Below are positions 8,786-17,830 of a stretch of 28,443 nucleotides of DNA, in pieces. The stretch is from Candidatus Methylomirabilis sp. Its GTDB lineage: Bacteria; Methylomirabilota; Methylomirabilia; Methylomirabilales; Methylomirabilaceae. Below the pieces are notes generated by a model, which saw only the letters and a program-made list of their open reading frames with translations, was not told the DNA's origin and searched no databases. Location of the stretch: contig JBGQJI010000019.1 in the NCBI GenBank assembly GCA_041498975.1, positions 1 through 28,443 on the forward strand. Reading direction: 5' to 3'. Positions within the stretch are counted from its first letter, which is position 1. Every line of letters begins with the position of its first letter. The position numbers and the translations under genes were made by a program.

Positions 8786-8815
8786 CAATCGGCCGGAGAA
8801 CCGTGGAAGGACGCG

Positions 8816-9103
8816 GTGTCAAGCAAATTGCACGTCGGCAACCTCGAAGAACATGTCAGCCCCGGCGAACTCCGGGCGCTGTTCGAGAAAGCTGGCAGGG
8901 TACTCTCGCTCGAGATCGTCAGGGACTCGACGACGCGCCGGTCCAAAGGGTACGGCTTCGTCGAGATGGCCACACAGCAAGAGGGTGCACGAGCCATCGC
9001 GATGCTCAATGGGCATCACCTCAACTTCCGACCTCTCGTCGTGAAGAGAGCGCGAGAGGCCGCTCGCGAGGGCGGTCGAAGGGGGCCTCTGCGGCGGAAG
9101 TGA
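8816..9103 (+). CDS. RNA-recognition-motif (RRM/RNP-1) RNA-binding protein
   Basis: RNP2 LHVGNL, RNP1 KGYGFVEM, AIAMLNG, basic tail; AAGGA SD before GTG 8816. Confidence 0.9.
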   Translation: MSSKLHVGNLEEHVSPGELRALFEKAGRVLSLEIVRDSTTRRSKGYGFVEMATQQEGARAIAMLNGHHLNFRPLVVKRAREAAREGGRRGPLRRK

Positions 9104-9161
9104 TGATGTGGATCATCGTTCATCTCCGTGCTCACCTGCGACATCGGGCGGAGAAGGCGCG

Positions 9162-11060
9162 ATGAAGGCCTCTCCGGTCCGCCCGAATCCTCTCAACTCC
9201 ACTCCCATGGCTGCCATCCTCGGATCAGAGACGATCGGGGAGGTCTTACGTCACCAATCGGGAGATCGCCCGGAGGAGGCTTGGTGTTACCTGCTGCGCG
9301 GCCTTGACCCGGGGGAGCCGATCCGGTTCGGGACACTCTGCCAGGAAGCCGAGCGAGTGGCAGGGCTCCTTCAGGAGCTGGGGGTCCGGCCGGGGGACCG
9401 GGTGTTGATCATGCTCCCGACTGGGCGGCCGATCCTTCAAGCCTTGTTTGGCGCCTGGCTGGCCGGCGCCGTCGCCGTTCCAACCTACCCACCCCTCCTT
9501 CTCCCGACAGGCCTGCTGCGCGCGCTGGGCGCGGCAAGCGCGACCCGCACCTACGTTCCCGTACGGCGGGCGATCGACCGGCTCCTCCGCCAGCCTTCCG
9601 CCCGACGCTGGCGGCAGGGGAAAGGAGCAGGGCGACCCCTCCTTGCCGTGCTCCAAGGGCTCCAACGCCTCACCCGCTACGTGGACCAGCAGGTACACAT
9701 CTGTCAGACCTCCCGCCCTCGTGTCGTGATCGCCGAGCGCGACTTCGGCCCGGTCTGCCAGACCGCCGCCCGGTTTCTTCCAGAGGCGCCTGCCTTCGTG
9801 GCGGACTCGGACCTCCTGCGGGGAACCGCTCCATTCCGGACGCCGAGCCTCGACGGTGCGGCCACGGCACTCATCCAATTCACTTCCGGTTCCACCGGTC
9901 TGCAAAAGGGCGTGGTACTCAGCCATCGAGCGATCCTGGCCAACATCCGAGCGTTCGGAGACGCGGTCGAGCCGAGGCCAGAGGACAAGATCGTCTCCTG
10001 GCTGCCGCTCTACCACGACATGGGGTTGATTGGGACCACGCTCGGCACCCTTGCCCTCCGCATACCGACCTACCTGATGTCGCCGACCGACTTCACCCGC
10101 GATCCCGTCCGCTGGATCTGGGCGATCCACCAGTTCAGAGCAACGGTCTCGGTCGGCAACAATTCAGCCATCGGCCGGCTGGCGCGGATGTGCCGAATCT
10201 CCCAACGGCGGTTTGAGCACCACCCGGTTTACGGCCATGGGGAGCGTCTCGATCTTTCTTGTCTCCGGATCCTGATGAACGGCTCGGAGCCGGTCACCGT
10301 GCAGGCCATGGAGGCGTTCCAACGCGAGTTCGGGGCGTTCGGTCTCCGCCGGGAGGCGCTGTCTCCGGTCTACGGGCTGGCCGAGATGGCGCTGGCTGTC
10401 GCCTTCCCCGACCTGGAGGCCCCCTACCGGGTCTTTCGCCAGCGCGGGGAGGAGTGGGTCTCGGTGGGACGGCCGCTGAACGGCTTCGAGATCCGGATCA
10501 TCGACGACGAAGGAAACCCGCTGGCTCCAGGGAGGCGCGGGGAGGTCATCATCGCCGGACCCAGTCTCATGGACGGCTACTTCGGGGACCCCGAAGCGAC
10601 CGCGAAGGTGATACGAGAAAGGGGCGAGAAGCGTTGGCTGTACACCGGGGACGAAGGGATGATCGACTCGGCGGGGGAGCTGTACATCACCGGGCGGCTG
10701 AAGGAAACGGTGATCAAGGGTGGCCGCAATTATGCCCCGGCGCAACTGGAAGAGGTGATCGAGTCGGTTGACGGGATCCGGCCGGGGCGGAGCGTCGTCT
10801 TCGGTCTGACCGACGCCAGGACCGGGACCCAGCGGGTGGCGGCGGTCGTCGAGCTTCGGGATCCGACGTGTCCGGAGCCGCTCCGGGATGCCTTGGTGCG
10901 GGAGATCCGCGCTCGAGTTGATGACGTCTACCGGCCGGCAGGCGGGACGGTCCTCGACCAGGTGCTACTCGTCGCGCCGGGAAGTCTGAGCAAGACCACG
11001 AGCGGCAAGCGAATGCGCCTCGACGCCCGTCAGCGATTCCTCCAGGGCGAGTTCGCCTGA
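9162..11060 (+). CDS. Fatty acyl-AMP ligase (FAAL)-like adenylating enzyme
   Basis: QFTSGSTGLQKGV, SWLPLYHDMGLIG, NGSEPV, YGLAE, YTGDEG, GRLKE..IKGGRN and KTTSGK motifs; GGAG SD before ATG 9162. Confidence 0.85.
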   Translation: MKASPVRPNPLNSTPMAAILGSETIGEVLRHQSGDRPEEAWCYLLRGLDPGEPIRFGTLCQEAERVAGLLQELGVRPGDRVLIMLPTGRPILQALFGAWLAGAVAVPTYPPLLLPTGLLRALGAASATRTYVPVRRAIDRLLRQPSARRWRQGKGAGRPLLAVLQGLQRLTRYVDQQVHICQTSRPRVVIAERDFGPVCQTAARFLPEAPAFVADSDLLRGTAPFRTPSLDGAATALIQFTSGSTGLQKGVVLSHRAILANIRAFGDAVEPRPEDKIVSWLPLYHDMGLIGTTLGTLALRIPTYLMSPTDFTRDPVRWIWAIHQFRATVSVGNNSAIGRLARMCRISQRRFEHHPVYGHGERLDLSCLRILMNGSEPVTVQAMEAFQREFGAFGLRREALSPVYGLAEMALAVAFPDLEAPYRVFRQRGEEWVSVGRPLNGFEIRIIDDEGNPLAPGRRGEVIIAGPSLMDGYFGDPEATAKVIRERGEKRWLYTGDEGMIDSAGELYITGRLKETVIKGGRNYAPAQLEEVIESVDGIRPGRSVVFGLTDARTGTQRVAAVVELRDPTCPEPLRDALVREIRARVDDVYRPAGGTVLDQVLLVAPGSLSKTTSGKRMRLDARQRFLQGEFA

Positions 11061-11077
11061 CCCAGGAAGGACGAACG

Positions 11078-11458
11078 ATGGGATTCCTGATCCGACTCTG
11101 TCTCAATGCGCTGGCCCTGCTGATCGTCTCGACCGTCATCCCGGGCATAGAGGTGCGGGGGGTGCTGCCCGCCCTGGCTGCCGCGTGCTTTCTCGGGCTT
11201 GTGAACGCCGTTCTTCGACCTGTGATCGTGATCTTGACCCTGCCGCTCACGATCATGACCCTGGGGCTTTTTATCTTCGTGATCAACGCGTCTCTCCTGA
11301 AGCTCGTCTCGCTGATCATCAAGGGGTTCGAGGTGCACGGTTTCTGGTCGGCGGTGTTCGGGGCGATCCTGCTGAGCCTCGTCAGCGGTCTCTTGAATTT
11401 CTTTATCAACGACCAGGGTCGGGTGGAGGTCGTGATCCACCGTGAAAGAGGAGGATGA
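11078..11458 (+). CDS. Phage holin family 4 / YvlD (DUF360) membrane protein
   Basis: LGLVNAVLRPVIVILTLPLTIMTLGLFIFVINA and GFWSAVFGA signature. Confidence 0.9.
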   Translation: MGFLIRLCLNALALLIVSTVIPGIEVRGVLPALAAACFLGLVNAVLRPVIVILTLPLTIMTLGLFIFVINASLLKLVSLIIKGFEVHGFWSAVFGAILLSLVSGLLNFFINDQGRVEVVIHRERGG

Positions 11459-11535
11459 TCTTTCCCTTGGCTGCGAGCCTCCGCTCCGTTCCGGTCGCCA
11501 GGGATTCCCGGCGACGAGGCGTTTCCACAATTCCC

Positions 11536-11563
11536 TTGACAACCGACAGCAGAACCGTATATG
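11536..11563 (+). promoter_or_regulatory. Candidate sigma70 promoter
   Basis: TTGACA-N16-TATATG, about 70 bp upstream of the cNMP-domain gene. Confidence 0.4.
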
Positions 11564-11632
11564 TACGCCAGCGTCACTCCGTCGCGGCTGACCCTTTGCG
11601 AGAAGACCGCTGGTGAAGGAGAACGCCAGGAA

Positions 11633-12190
11633 ATGTCCGGCTTCCACTGGCCATCATGGACGATAGATCCTGAGCAGCTCCGCAGGCTCCAGTTCCTGGA
11701 GAAGGTCCCGCTGTTCGCCGGCCTGAGCCGGCGTCAACTCGGCAAGCTGCTGGTGAAGCTCTTCGAGAAGGAATACGGGGCCGGCGAGACGATCTTCCTA
11801 GAGGGAGAGCCCGGCAAGGCGCTCTTCATCGTCCTCGACGGCACGGTGTCGATCTGCCGCGCCGGCCCTGGTGGCGAACATCGGCTCGCAACCCTCGACC
11901 CCGGCGCCTACTTCGGCGAGCTGGCCCTCATCGACGATCACCCACGCCTGGCCACCGCTCGTGCCGAAGAGGACGCTGCCCTGCTCATCCTATATAAGAG
12001 CCACTTCGATGGCCTGATCGAAGGAAACAGTACGATCGCGATCAGAGTGATGGGAAATCTGTTGAAGACCCTTGCGGGGTATGTGCGGATGGCCCAAGCC
12101 CCTAGCGCAAACCACAATCCCGCGACCATACCCGCAAGCATTGCCGCACTGGAACAGAATAGGACGCCAGCCGAAGGGACCGGGCGGTGA
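11633..12190 (+). CDS. Stand-alone cyclic-nucleotide-binding domain protein
   Basis: FLEKVPLFAGL, IFLEGEPG, phosphate-binding cassette FGELALIDDHPRLATARA; no C-terminal HTH. Confidence 0.88.
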   Translation: MSGFHWPSWTIDPEQLRRLQFLEKVPLFAGLSRRQLGKLLVKLFEKEYGAGETIFLEGEPGKALFIVLDGTVSICRAGPGGEHRLATLDPGAYFGELALIDDHPRLATARAEEDAALLILYKSHFDGLIEGNSTIAIRVMGNLLKTLAGYVRMAQAPSANHNPATIPASIAALEQNRTPAEGTGR

Positions 12191-13335
12191 CCCCAGACGA
12201 GCCCACGGAGAACCTTGAGGGTGCCGGTCCCTCGGACCGCGGCCGATTGATGCCTCCCCCGCCCTCCATCATCTGGGCTCTTGGAATAGCCGTCACGGGG
12301 ATGATCATCTACATCGCCCGCGGACTGGTGCTAATCCTCCTCCTGTCGATGGGTCTGGCGTATGTCATCAACCCGATCGTGAAGAGGGCTGAGAGCGTCG
12401 CAATCAAGCGCGGGCTCGCCGTCACCGGGCTCTACCTCGGGATCGTCCTGAGCCTGCTCGTCACAGCGTACTTTGTCGCCCCTCTCCTGCGAGCCGAGAT
12501 CAGCACCCTGTCCGGGGGCTACCCAGCCTTCACCCAACGGCTCGACGAGACTATCGACGCCGTGCAGGAAGAGATCGCCATTAAATACCCGAGCGTTGGC
12601 CAATTGTTTCCCGCCCGCGAGGCGCGGTACGAGCGGCTGAATGACTTCATCAAGGAGCAAACCGCCGATCTCCCCAGCCTGGTAGGCCATCTGGCGACGA
12701 TTGCGATCGCCGCGGCATTCGTCCCGCTCTTCTCCTTTTTTATCCTGCGCGACAGCCCGAAGATCATCGCCTTCACCATGGACCGGCTGCCGCCAGCCGA
12801 GATCGAGACCTCGGTCGCGGTCTGGTGCGAGATCGACCGGGTCATCGGCCGGTACATTCGCGGGCTGGCCTTGGATGGCCTGGTGATCGGAGTGGCGGCA
12901 TCGTTGGGCCTGTGGATGCTTGGCGTGAACTATCCGTTGCTCCTCGGCGCCTTTTCCGGCCTGGCCAATGTGGTGCCGTACCTCGGCCCGATCCTTGGCG
13001 GGGGGGTTGCCATGCTCACGGCTTTGATGCAATTCAAAGCCCTCACGCCCCTCAGCAACGTCTTGATCTTGTACGTGGTCATCAAGCTCCTCGACGATAC
13101 GGTGATCCAGGCGCAGACAATCGGCAAGAGCGTCCATCTGCACCCAATGCTTCTCCTCGCCTCCGTCACCACAGTCGGTCACGCCCTCGGCCTGATCGGA
13201 ATGATCCTCGCGGTTCCCGCTGTGACCGTGATTCAGGAGATCATAAAGCTGTTCCTGGAACGCAGGCGAGTCCGCGCCGGAGTTTCGGGCCCTTATTCCG
13301 GGAAAAGCGTTTACATACAACCATACGTTTGCTGA
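12187..13335 (+). CDS. AI-2E family transporter
   Basis: AYVINPIV, FFILRD, GRYIRG, ANVVPYLGPILG, IGKSVHLHP and GMILAVP motifs; GTGA overlap with the previous gene. Confidence 0.9.
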   Translation: MTPDEPTENLEGAGPSDRGRLMPPPPSIIWALGIAVTGMIIYIARGLVLILLLSMGLAYVINPIVKRAESVAIKRGLAVTGLYLGIVLSLLVTAYFVAPLLRAEISTLSGGYPAFTQRLDETIDAVQEEIAIKYPSVGQLFPAREARYERLNDFIKEQTADLPSLVGHLATIAIAAAFVPLFSFFILRDSPKIIAFTMDRLPPAEIETSVAVWCEIDRVIGRYIRGLALDGLVIGVAASLGLWMLGVNYPLLLGAFSGLANVVPYLGPILGGGVAMLTALMQFKALTPLSNVLILYVVIKLLDDTVIQAQTIGKSVHLHPMLLLASVTTVGHALGLIGMILAVPAVTVIQEIIKLFLERRRVRAGVSGPYSGKSVYIQPYVC

Positions 13336-13488
13336 GCAGGGTCGGCAGCGGTGGTCGATTGCTGGCCCAACCCGGTCCAAGCACGCCGTGGGCATTGTGA
13401 TAAGATCAGGAAGCCCACGCCTTACTCCGCCGTCAAAGAAACCCCCAATCCTGTCAACTGACCAGCGCTTTCCCTCCAATGAGAACTA

Positions 13489-13497
13489 TGCTATAAA
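13489..13497 (+). promoter_or_regulatory. Candidate extended -10 promoter for the tRNA
   Basis: TGcTATAAA ending 20 bp upstream of the tRNA 5' end. Confidence 0.4.
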
Positions 13498-13517
13498 GAG
13501 CGGGTTCGCTTATCAAT

Positions 13518-13595
13518 GTCCCCATCGTCTAGTCCGGCCCAGGACGCGGCCCTTTCAAGGCCGAAACACGGGTTCGAATCCCGTTGGGGACGCCA
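13518..13595 (+). tRNA. tRNA-Glu (anticodon TTC)
   Basis: Acceptor GTCCCCA/TGGGGAC, anticodon arm CGGCC-CTTTCAA-GGCCG, T arm ACGGG-TTCGAAT-CCCGT, encoded CCA. Confidence 0.97.
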
Positions 13596-13639
13596 ATGAT
13601 TCCAAAAAGTTCTGTGCCTTGCCCATTTCCGCCGGCAAG

Positions 13640-14075
13640 CCTGGTGTCCGAATAGTGACTATCCGGTTGTAACGGTCGCGCCTCCTGCTCCCGTATTAGC
13701 AGCCTCACCGCATCCTGGATGGCCGCCACTGAGGGGCGCTGACACCGCCCCTGGCCATCCCGAGGGCCCTTCCACCCACATGTCGACTCAATCGTTGGCT
13801 GATTGACCTCTTTCATAGCCAGCCAACTTGCGGTGTGGTGGCGCAGGTGTTGGAAGCGGAAGTCGGCGACCCTAGCGGGGCGACACGCCCGGCGAAATGC
13901 CATCGAAAGCATAGCGCATCTCCAGTCAGGGAAGAGAGGAGCGAAGGGGTCGTAAGGACGGGGCAACGCTGAGACCGTGGGGAATACTGCCGCACTTTTC
14001 ACACGGGGGTCAAGCGGACGATGCCCATCATGAGGGCGATTCGCGCCGTGGAGGAGCCCAGGGTTCGTCAGCGCC
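13640..14075 (-). pseudogene. Degenerate tyrosine recombinase/integrase C-terminal remnant
   Basis: AFRRACRPARVADFRFQHLRHHTASWLAM resembles FRFHDLRH; GWKGPR..RCQ has TGT where the catalytic Tyr is expected; upstream frameshift and stop; points toward the tRNA 3' end. Boundaries approximate. Confidence 0.75.
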
Positions 14076-14085
14076 TGCGCGGCTG

Positions 14086-14343
14086 GTGCGGCTGACGAAG
14101 CGGTCCGTGGAACTACCCGTCGAGAGCGTGCTCAAGCACCCCGAGGGGAAGTCGTTCGAGCAGACGGTTAACCGGAGCTACGTTTGTCGTGGGGCAGTTG
14201 AGTTGCGCCTGCCCCTGGCCGACCCCGTCGCCCCCGTCATCCGGGCCAACTTCCTGATCACCCGCCACCTCTGCCTCGACGGGCGGCCGACGGATCCCCT
14301 ACCCGACAGCCCGGCGACGCCCGCCCCGGCCCCTCCCGCCTAG
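14086..14343 (+). other. Possible gene fragment of unknown family (85 aa)
   Basis: High GC3 codon usage but no clear SD or start; adjoins the integrase remnant. Confidence 0.3.
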
Positions 14344-14454
14344 CCCGAGGAGACCCGACAAACCTCACCCTCCTAGAGCCCGGCACCCCTCCTTCCACGC
14401 CATTGCGGGGTTTCGGGGGGCTACGCGGCTCCGCGGCGACAGCGTGAGGCCGGA

Positions 14455-16662
14455 CTAGTCGTTCTCACAAAGGACAGTCCCCGGCTGAGATGGACAGATC
14501 AAGCGCCGCGCTTCCCGTTCTCGCTTGAGAGCACGTTTCATATACTTCTGCTTCTCGCCGAAAGGCTCCTCGTACTCCTCGCCCACGGCCCTGGCCAGGA
14601 GCTTGCCGGCCTTTTGCAGCTTCGCCACCGCGTCGAGATGCAGGTCGACGGTGTCGAGCACCTGCACGGCATTCCCGACTTCCGCCCTGGCCACGCTCAA
14701 GAGTCTGTCCACGCTCGCGCTATTCGCCTGAGGCTCAACCTCCAGCAATGCAAGGGCGCGCGTCCCCATGCTGATCGAGTTTCGAATGTTCTCCAGTGCG
14801 TTGAGAACGCGTAGGAAGGCAGCGACCGCATCAACGTCCGGCTCGTCGAGCCCGATCGCGTTGGCAAAACCATTGATCCCCACGCTCAGTGCCCCAGGGG
14901 AGTTATTGAAGGCGGCGCCGTTGTAAAAGGAGATGGCGCCCTCGAGCGTCTTGACCGAGTGATTGTGGAAGAACGGGCCCGTGTCTGCCGCTTCGATCAC
15001 CGGGGGCGTGTTGAAAGACCCGACACCGAAGCCCGTGCCCGTCCCTACTCCCTGACAGGGGCCAGGACCAACGGGCGCGGTGCCAAACCCGGCGTCGCAG
15101 GGGATCGTTGGGTCGAGCAGCCGCCCCGGCTGGCCCTGGGATCGCTCGACACCGGTGTCGAAATTCCCGTTGACGCCACCCTCCGGGGCACTGGCTTCGG
15201 TGGCCGCTCCCGGGCCGGCCGTGTTTGCTCCGGCATTCTCGTGGCATGCGACGCACCTGCCGGAGGGCACCGTCCCGAACTCGAGGTCGCTGCAAGTGAG
15301 AGGTTGGGTATTCTTCCGACACCGGAAGATCGCCTGCCCCCTTCGTGCGATTTTCCCCGTGAGCTGCAATGGGAGCGGAGGATCAGCGGAACGCCCCAGG
15401 GATAGCTGAAAAGCCTCCAGGGCATCCAGTTCATCCGAAGTCGGGGGCCGGAAGTCAATGCCCTCCACCCGGTTCAGCCTTCTCGTAAAGTGCTGGATAA
15501 CGGCACCGGTCGCGAACTCCCGCAAGCTCCCTGTCCCTGGGGCGCCGTCCCCCGACCATCCGGTGGCGTCTGCCTTCGCCGCCCCCACTGTAGAATCAGG
15601 AACGAGCGACGTCATTAAGCCCAGGAGGTGCGGGGTCCCCCTTAACACGGCCGGCTTGTCAAATCCGTCGACGTTCTCCATGATCAACCCGGAGTTCCGC
15701 ATCAATACCGGGTTCTCCAGGCCTGCCAGATCGGGATTGAACTCCGCAACAAAGAGTGGGTCGTTGGGTGGCAACGTCGCGATGAACTTCGGGTCGATCG
15801 TGAAGTTGTTCTCAGCTCGATGGCAAGTCCCACAGGTCCGGCCGTTTCCGTTGAAGGTCTCGTTGAAGAACAGAAACTCCCCGCGGGAGATCAGGTCCTC
15901 CAATGCAGGGGGGCGCGCGACGCCCACTGGCCCGCCTGCTGGCGCCGCTGCGTAGGCCGGCGCCGGTACCAAGGCGCGAAACGATGCGGACCAAAGACTG
16001 GTCCGGCCGGTATCCACCTCTTGACGTGGATCGAAACCCCCCGCCGTGGGCGCCTTCACGCGCTGCTCGTTGTAATAGAGCCGCTGAAAGAGGTCGGGCG
16101 AGCCGAAGAGAAGACCTGCCCGTCCAGGATCTTCCCCCTCCCGGACCACGACGACGAGATCGAGCTTGAAGGCAGCCAGGCGTTCCGGAATCAGGACGGC
16201 CTCCAGCTTTGCCGATCCCCGCCGAGGTCTCAGGCTCCCGAGGCGAATCATCCGATCGCCGGAATTGGGCCTGAGGCTGCTTTCGGGACCAGGGCGATTG
16301 TCGATTAGCCACACATCGTAGGTCCCTCCCTCGGGAAGGTCGAATACCTGAACGGAGCTGCGGCCATCGACGAGATCGAAGGTCACCTGCCCGCTGGCAC
16401 GAGTGACTTCGCGTGAAAGGCCCTTCGAGTATCTCAGCATCAGCACGAGCTTTCGGTCTGCGTCCTGTGACAGGGATGCTTTCCAGCGGGCATACTTGGC
16501 CTGGAGAGTCTTGACGTCACCGAGACCGGTAATGGAGAGGCCATCACTTGTTGACTGTTTTGATTGTGTGGGTGGCGGATTGCCCAGGTGAGACTGCCAA
16601 CCGCCGACGCCGAGAACGAGAGCCGCCATCAAGCCGCCAACACGAAGCCTGCTTGGTCTCAT
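14455..16662 (-). CDS. Exported di-heme cytochrome c peroxidase/MauG-superfamily protein (SACCP/CorB-like) with N- and C-terminal extensions
   Basis: N-terminal hydrophobic signal; CGTCH and CVACH heme motifs; GWSGDG; FNTPPVIEAADTGPFFHN...AISFYN; VAAFLRVL; AGGAGG SD. Confidence 0.8.
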   Translation of the reverse strand: MRPSRLRVGGLMAALVLGVGGWQSHLGNPPPTQSKQSTSDGLSITGLGDVKTLQAKYARWKASLSQDADRKLVLMLRYSKGLSREVTRASGQVTFDLVDGRSSVQVFDLPEGGTYDVWLIDNRPGPESSLRPNSGDRMIRLGSLRPRRGSAKLEAVLIPERLAAFKLDLVVVVREGEDPGRAGLLFGSPDLFQRLYYNEQRVKAPTAGGFDPRQEVDTGRTSLWSASFRALVPAPAYAAAPAGGPVGVARPPALEDLISRGEFLFFNETFNGNGRTCGTCHRAENNFTIDPKFIATLPPNDPLFVAEFNPDLAGLENPVLMRNSGLIMENVDGFDKPAVLRGTPHLLGLMTSLVPDSTVGAAKADATGWSGDGAPGTGSLREFATGAVIQHFTRRLNRVEGIDFRPPTSDELDALEAFQLSLGRSADPPLPLQLTGKIARRGQAIFRCRKNTQPLTCSDLEFGTVPSGRCVACHENAGANTAGPGAATEASAPEGGVNGNFDTGVERSQGQPGRLLDPTIPCDAGFGTAPVGPGPCQGVGTGTGFGVGSFNTPPVIEAADTGPFFHNHSVKTLEGAISFYNGAAFNNSPGALSVGINGFANAIGLDEPDVDAVAAFLRVLNALENIRNSISMGTRALALLEVEPQANSASVDRLLSVARAEVGNAVQVLDTVDLHLDAVAKLQKAGKLLARAVGEEYEEPFGEKQKYMKRALKREREARRLICPSQPGTVLCEND

Positions 16663-16922
16663 CGCCCCTCCCTCCTGTGGGTAGAAACTTCACATGCACC
16701 CTCCGAAGCTCCCTCGCTGCGCTGCTGCCTGGGGGGCCACCTTCCCATTCTTCCCGAGGGAACCCGCTGCCTCCCCTCATGAAGCGTTTGAATTGCATCT
16801 CGAGCATCCGTCCGCCCAATGGTGTCAGGGTAGACATCGGCGAGACCGGAATGCAAGGGGTGCGACACACAGGCGGGTTCCGACGCGCGCACGGACAGAG
16901 AGTCGCCGCTGGGCGACGAGCG

Positions 16923-17015
16923 GACTTGGCTGGTCTTCGGACCAATGGTCAGACCGATGTGCGCGACCTCATTGCACCCGCCCACCAACGCCTCACCCAC
17001 CATGATTTGGCACAC
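16923..17015 (-). pseudogene. fae: 5' remnant (about 30 codons) of formaldehyde-activating enzyme
   Basis: IMVGEALVGGCNEVAHIGLTIGPK closely matches the Fae N-terminus ([21 protein letters not shown]); GGAGGT SD upstream; similarity ends abruptly. Confidence 0.8.
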
Positions 17016-17060
17016 TCTCGGCACCTCCCCGTACGCGGTCGGAAGAGAGCGAAGGAGTCT

Positions 17061-17089
17061 CGTATATCATGGCTGCGCTGGCATGTCAA
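17061..17089 (-). promoter_or_regulatory. Sigma70-type promoter
   Basis: Minus strand TTGACA-N17-TATACG with TG extension, 45 bp upstream of the fae remnant. Confidence 0.55.
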
Positions 17090-17402
17090 ATTCCCAGTTA
17101 GGTTTCCCCTTCGGTCACGCCGGTCCTGACCCTGGAAGCCGGCAATGCAGAATCGAAGCGATGCAAGCGAGCCGGTAGGCATGCCGCAAGCCTTTCACGC
17201 GCCCCCGCCGGCGCGATGACGCGAAGAGGACTTGAGTCTGCCAGTCCTGCGCACTGGTCAGCCCATGGTGAGGTCACGAAGGCCACGGCAACGTTTCGAA
17301 CTCTAGCGAGCCCTGTAGCCCCACCGCACACGCTATTTCATCCCGCCTGTCAAGTGCGGGTCGTAACTTCAAATCCACGCTAACAGGTTGCGGGGGTGTG
17401 AT

Positions 17403-17830
17403 CTACACCTTGCCGAGGGCGATGGTGCCACCAATGGACTCTCCCACCACAAAGGCGTGTTCGACATTCACCCGCTCGAGGAACCCTGCGACAGCGGTGA
17501 TGAACAACTCCGGAGTGTACTCGACCTTCGGGATGTCGGAGAACCCATGCCCTGGGTAGTCCAGAGCGTACACCTCGAAGTCCTGGAAGAGTGCTGGAAT
17601 GAGCTTCTGGAACATATCGAGCTGGGTGCGGAGCGTATGCAGCAACACCAGGGGTGGCCCCTGGCCAACCTTCACGTCGCGGATATTGATGCCATGAACG
17701 TTGGCGTATCGGATGGGGATGTCTGGTGCCCAGCCAAGCTGAGTCGGCGAGGGAGGGGGTGCGCGCCATGCCTCCACCACGTACGAGATTGGGACGGGAA
17801 AGACCACAAGGCAGGCCGAACCGACCATCA
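17403..17830 (-). pseudogene. Truncated alpha/beta hydrolase
   Basis: GQGPPLVLLH, ALDYPGHGFSD and GESIGG nucleophile elbow; stop about 8 codons later, so the acid and His of the triad are missing. 5' boundary approximate. Confidence 0.8.

Noticed and set aside
8578..8787. Repeated GTTGGAACGGCAC-like words as a CRISPR array
   Set aside because: Copies are inverted and nested, not direct repeats with regular spacers, and no cas genes are present.
11078..11458. Holin-family gene as evidence of a prophage
   Set aside because: YvlD/DUF360 genes are common chromosomal genes; no endolysin or structural phage genes are nearby.
13529..14002. 157-aa ORF as an intact integrase
   Set aside because: Catalytic His and Tyr positions are altered, the N-terminal domains are missing and the frame runs antisense into the tRNA; reported as a pseudogene instead.
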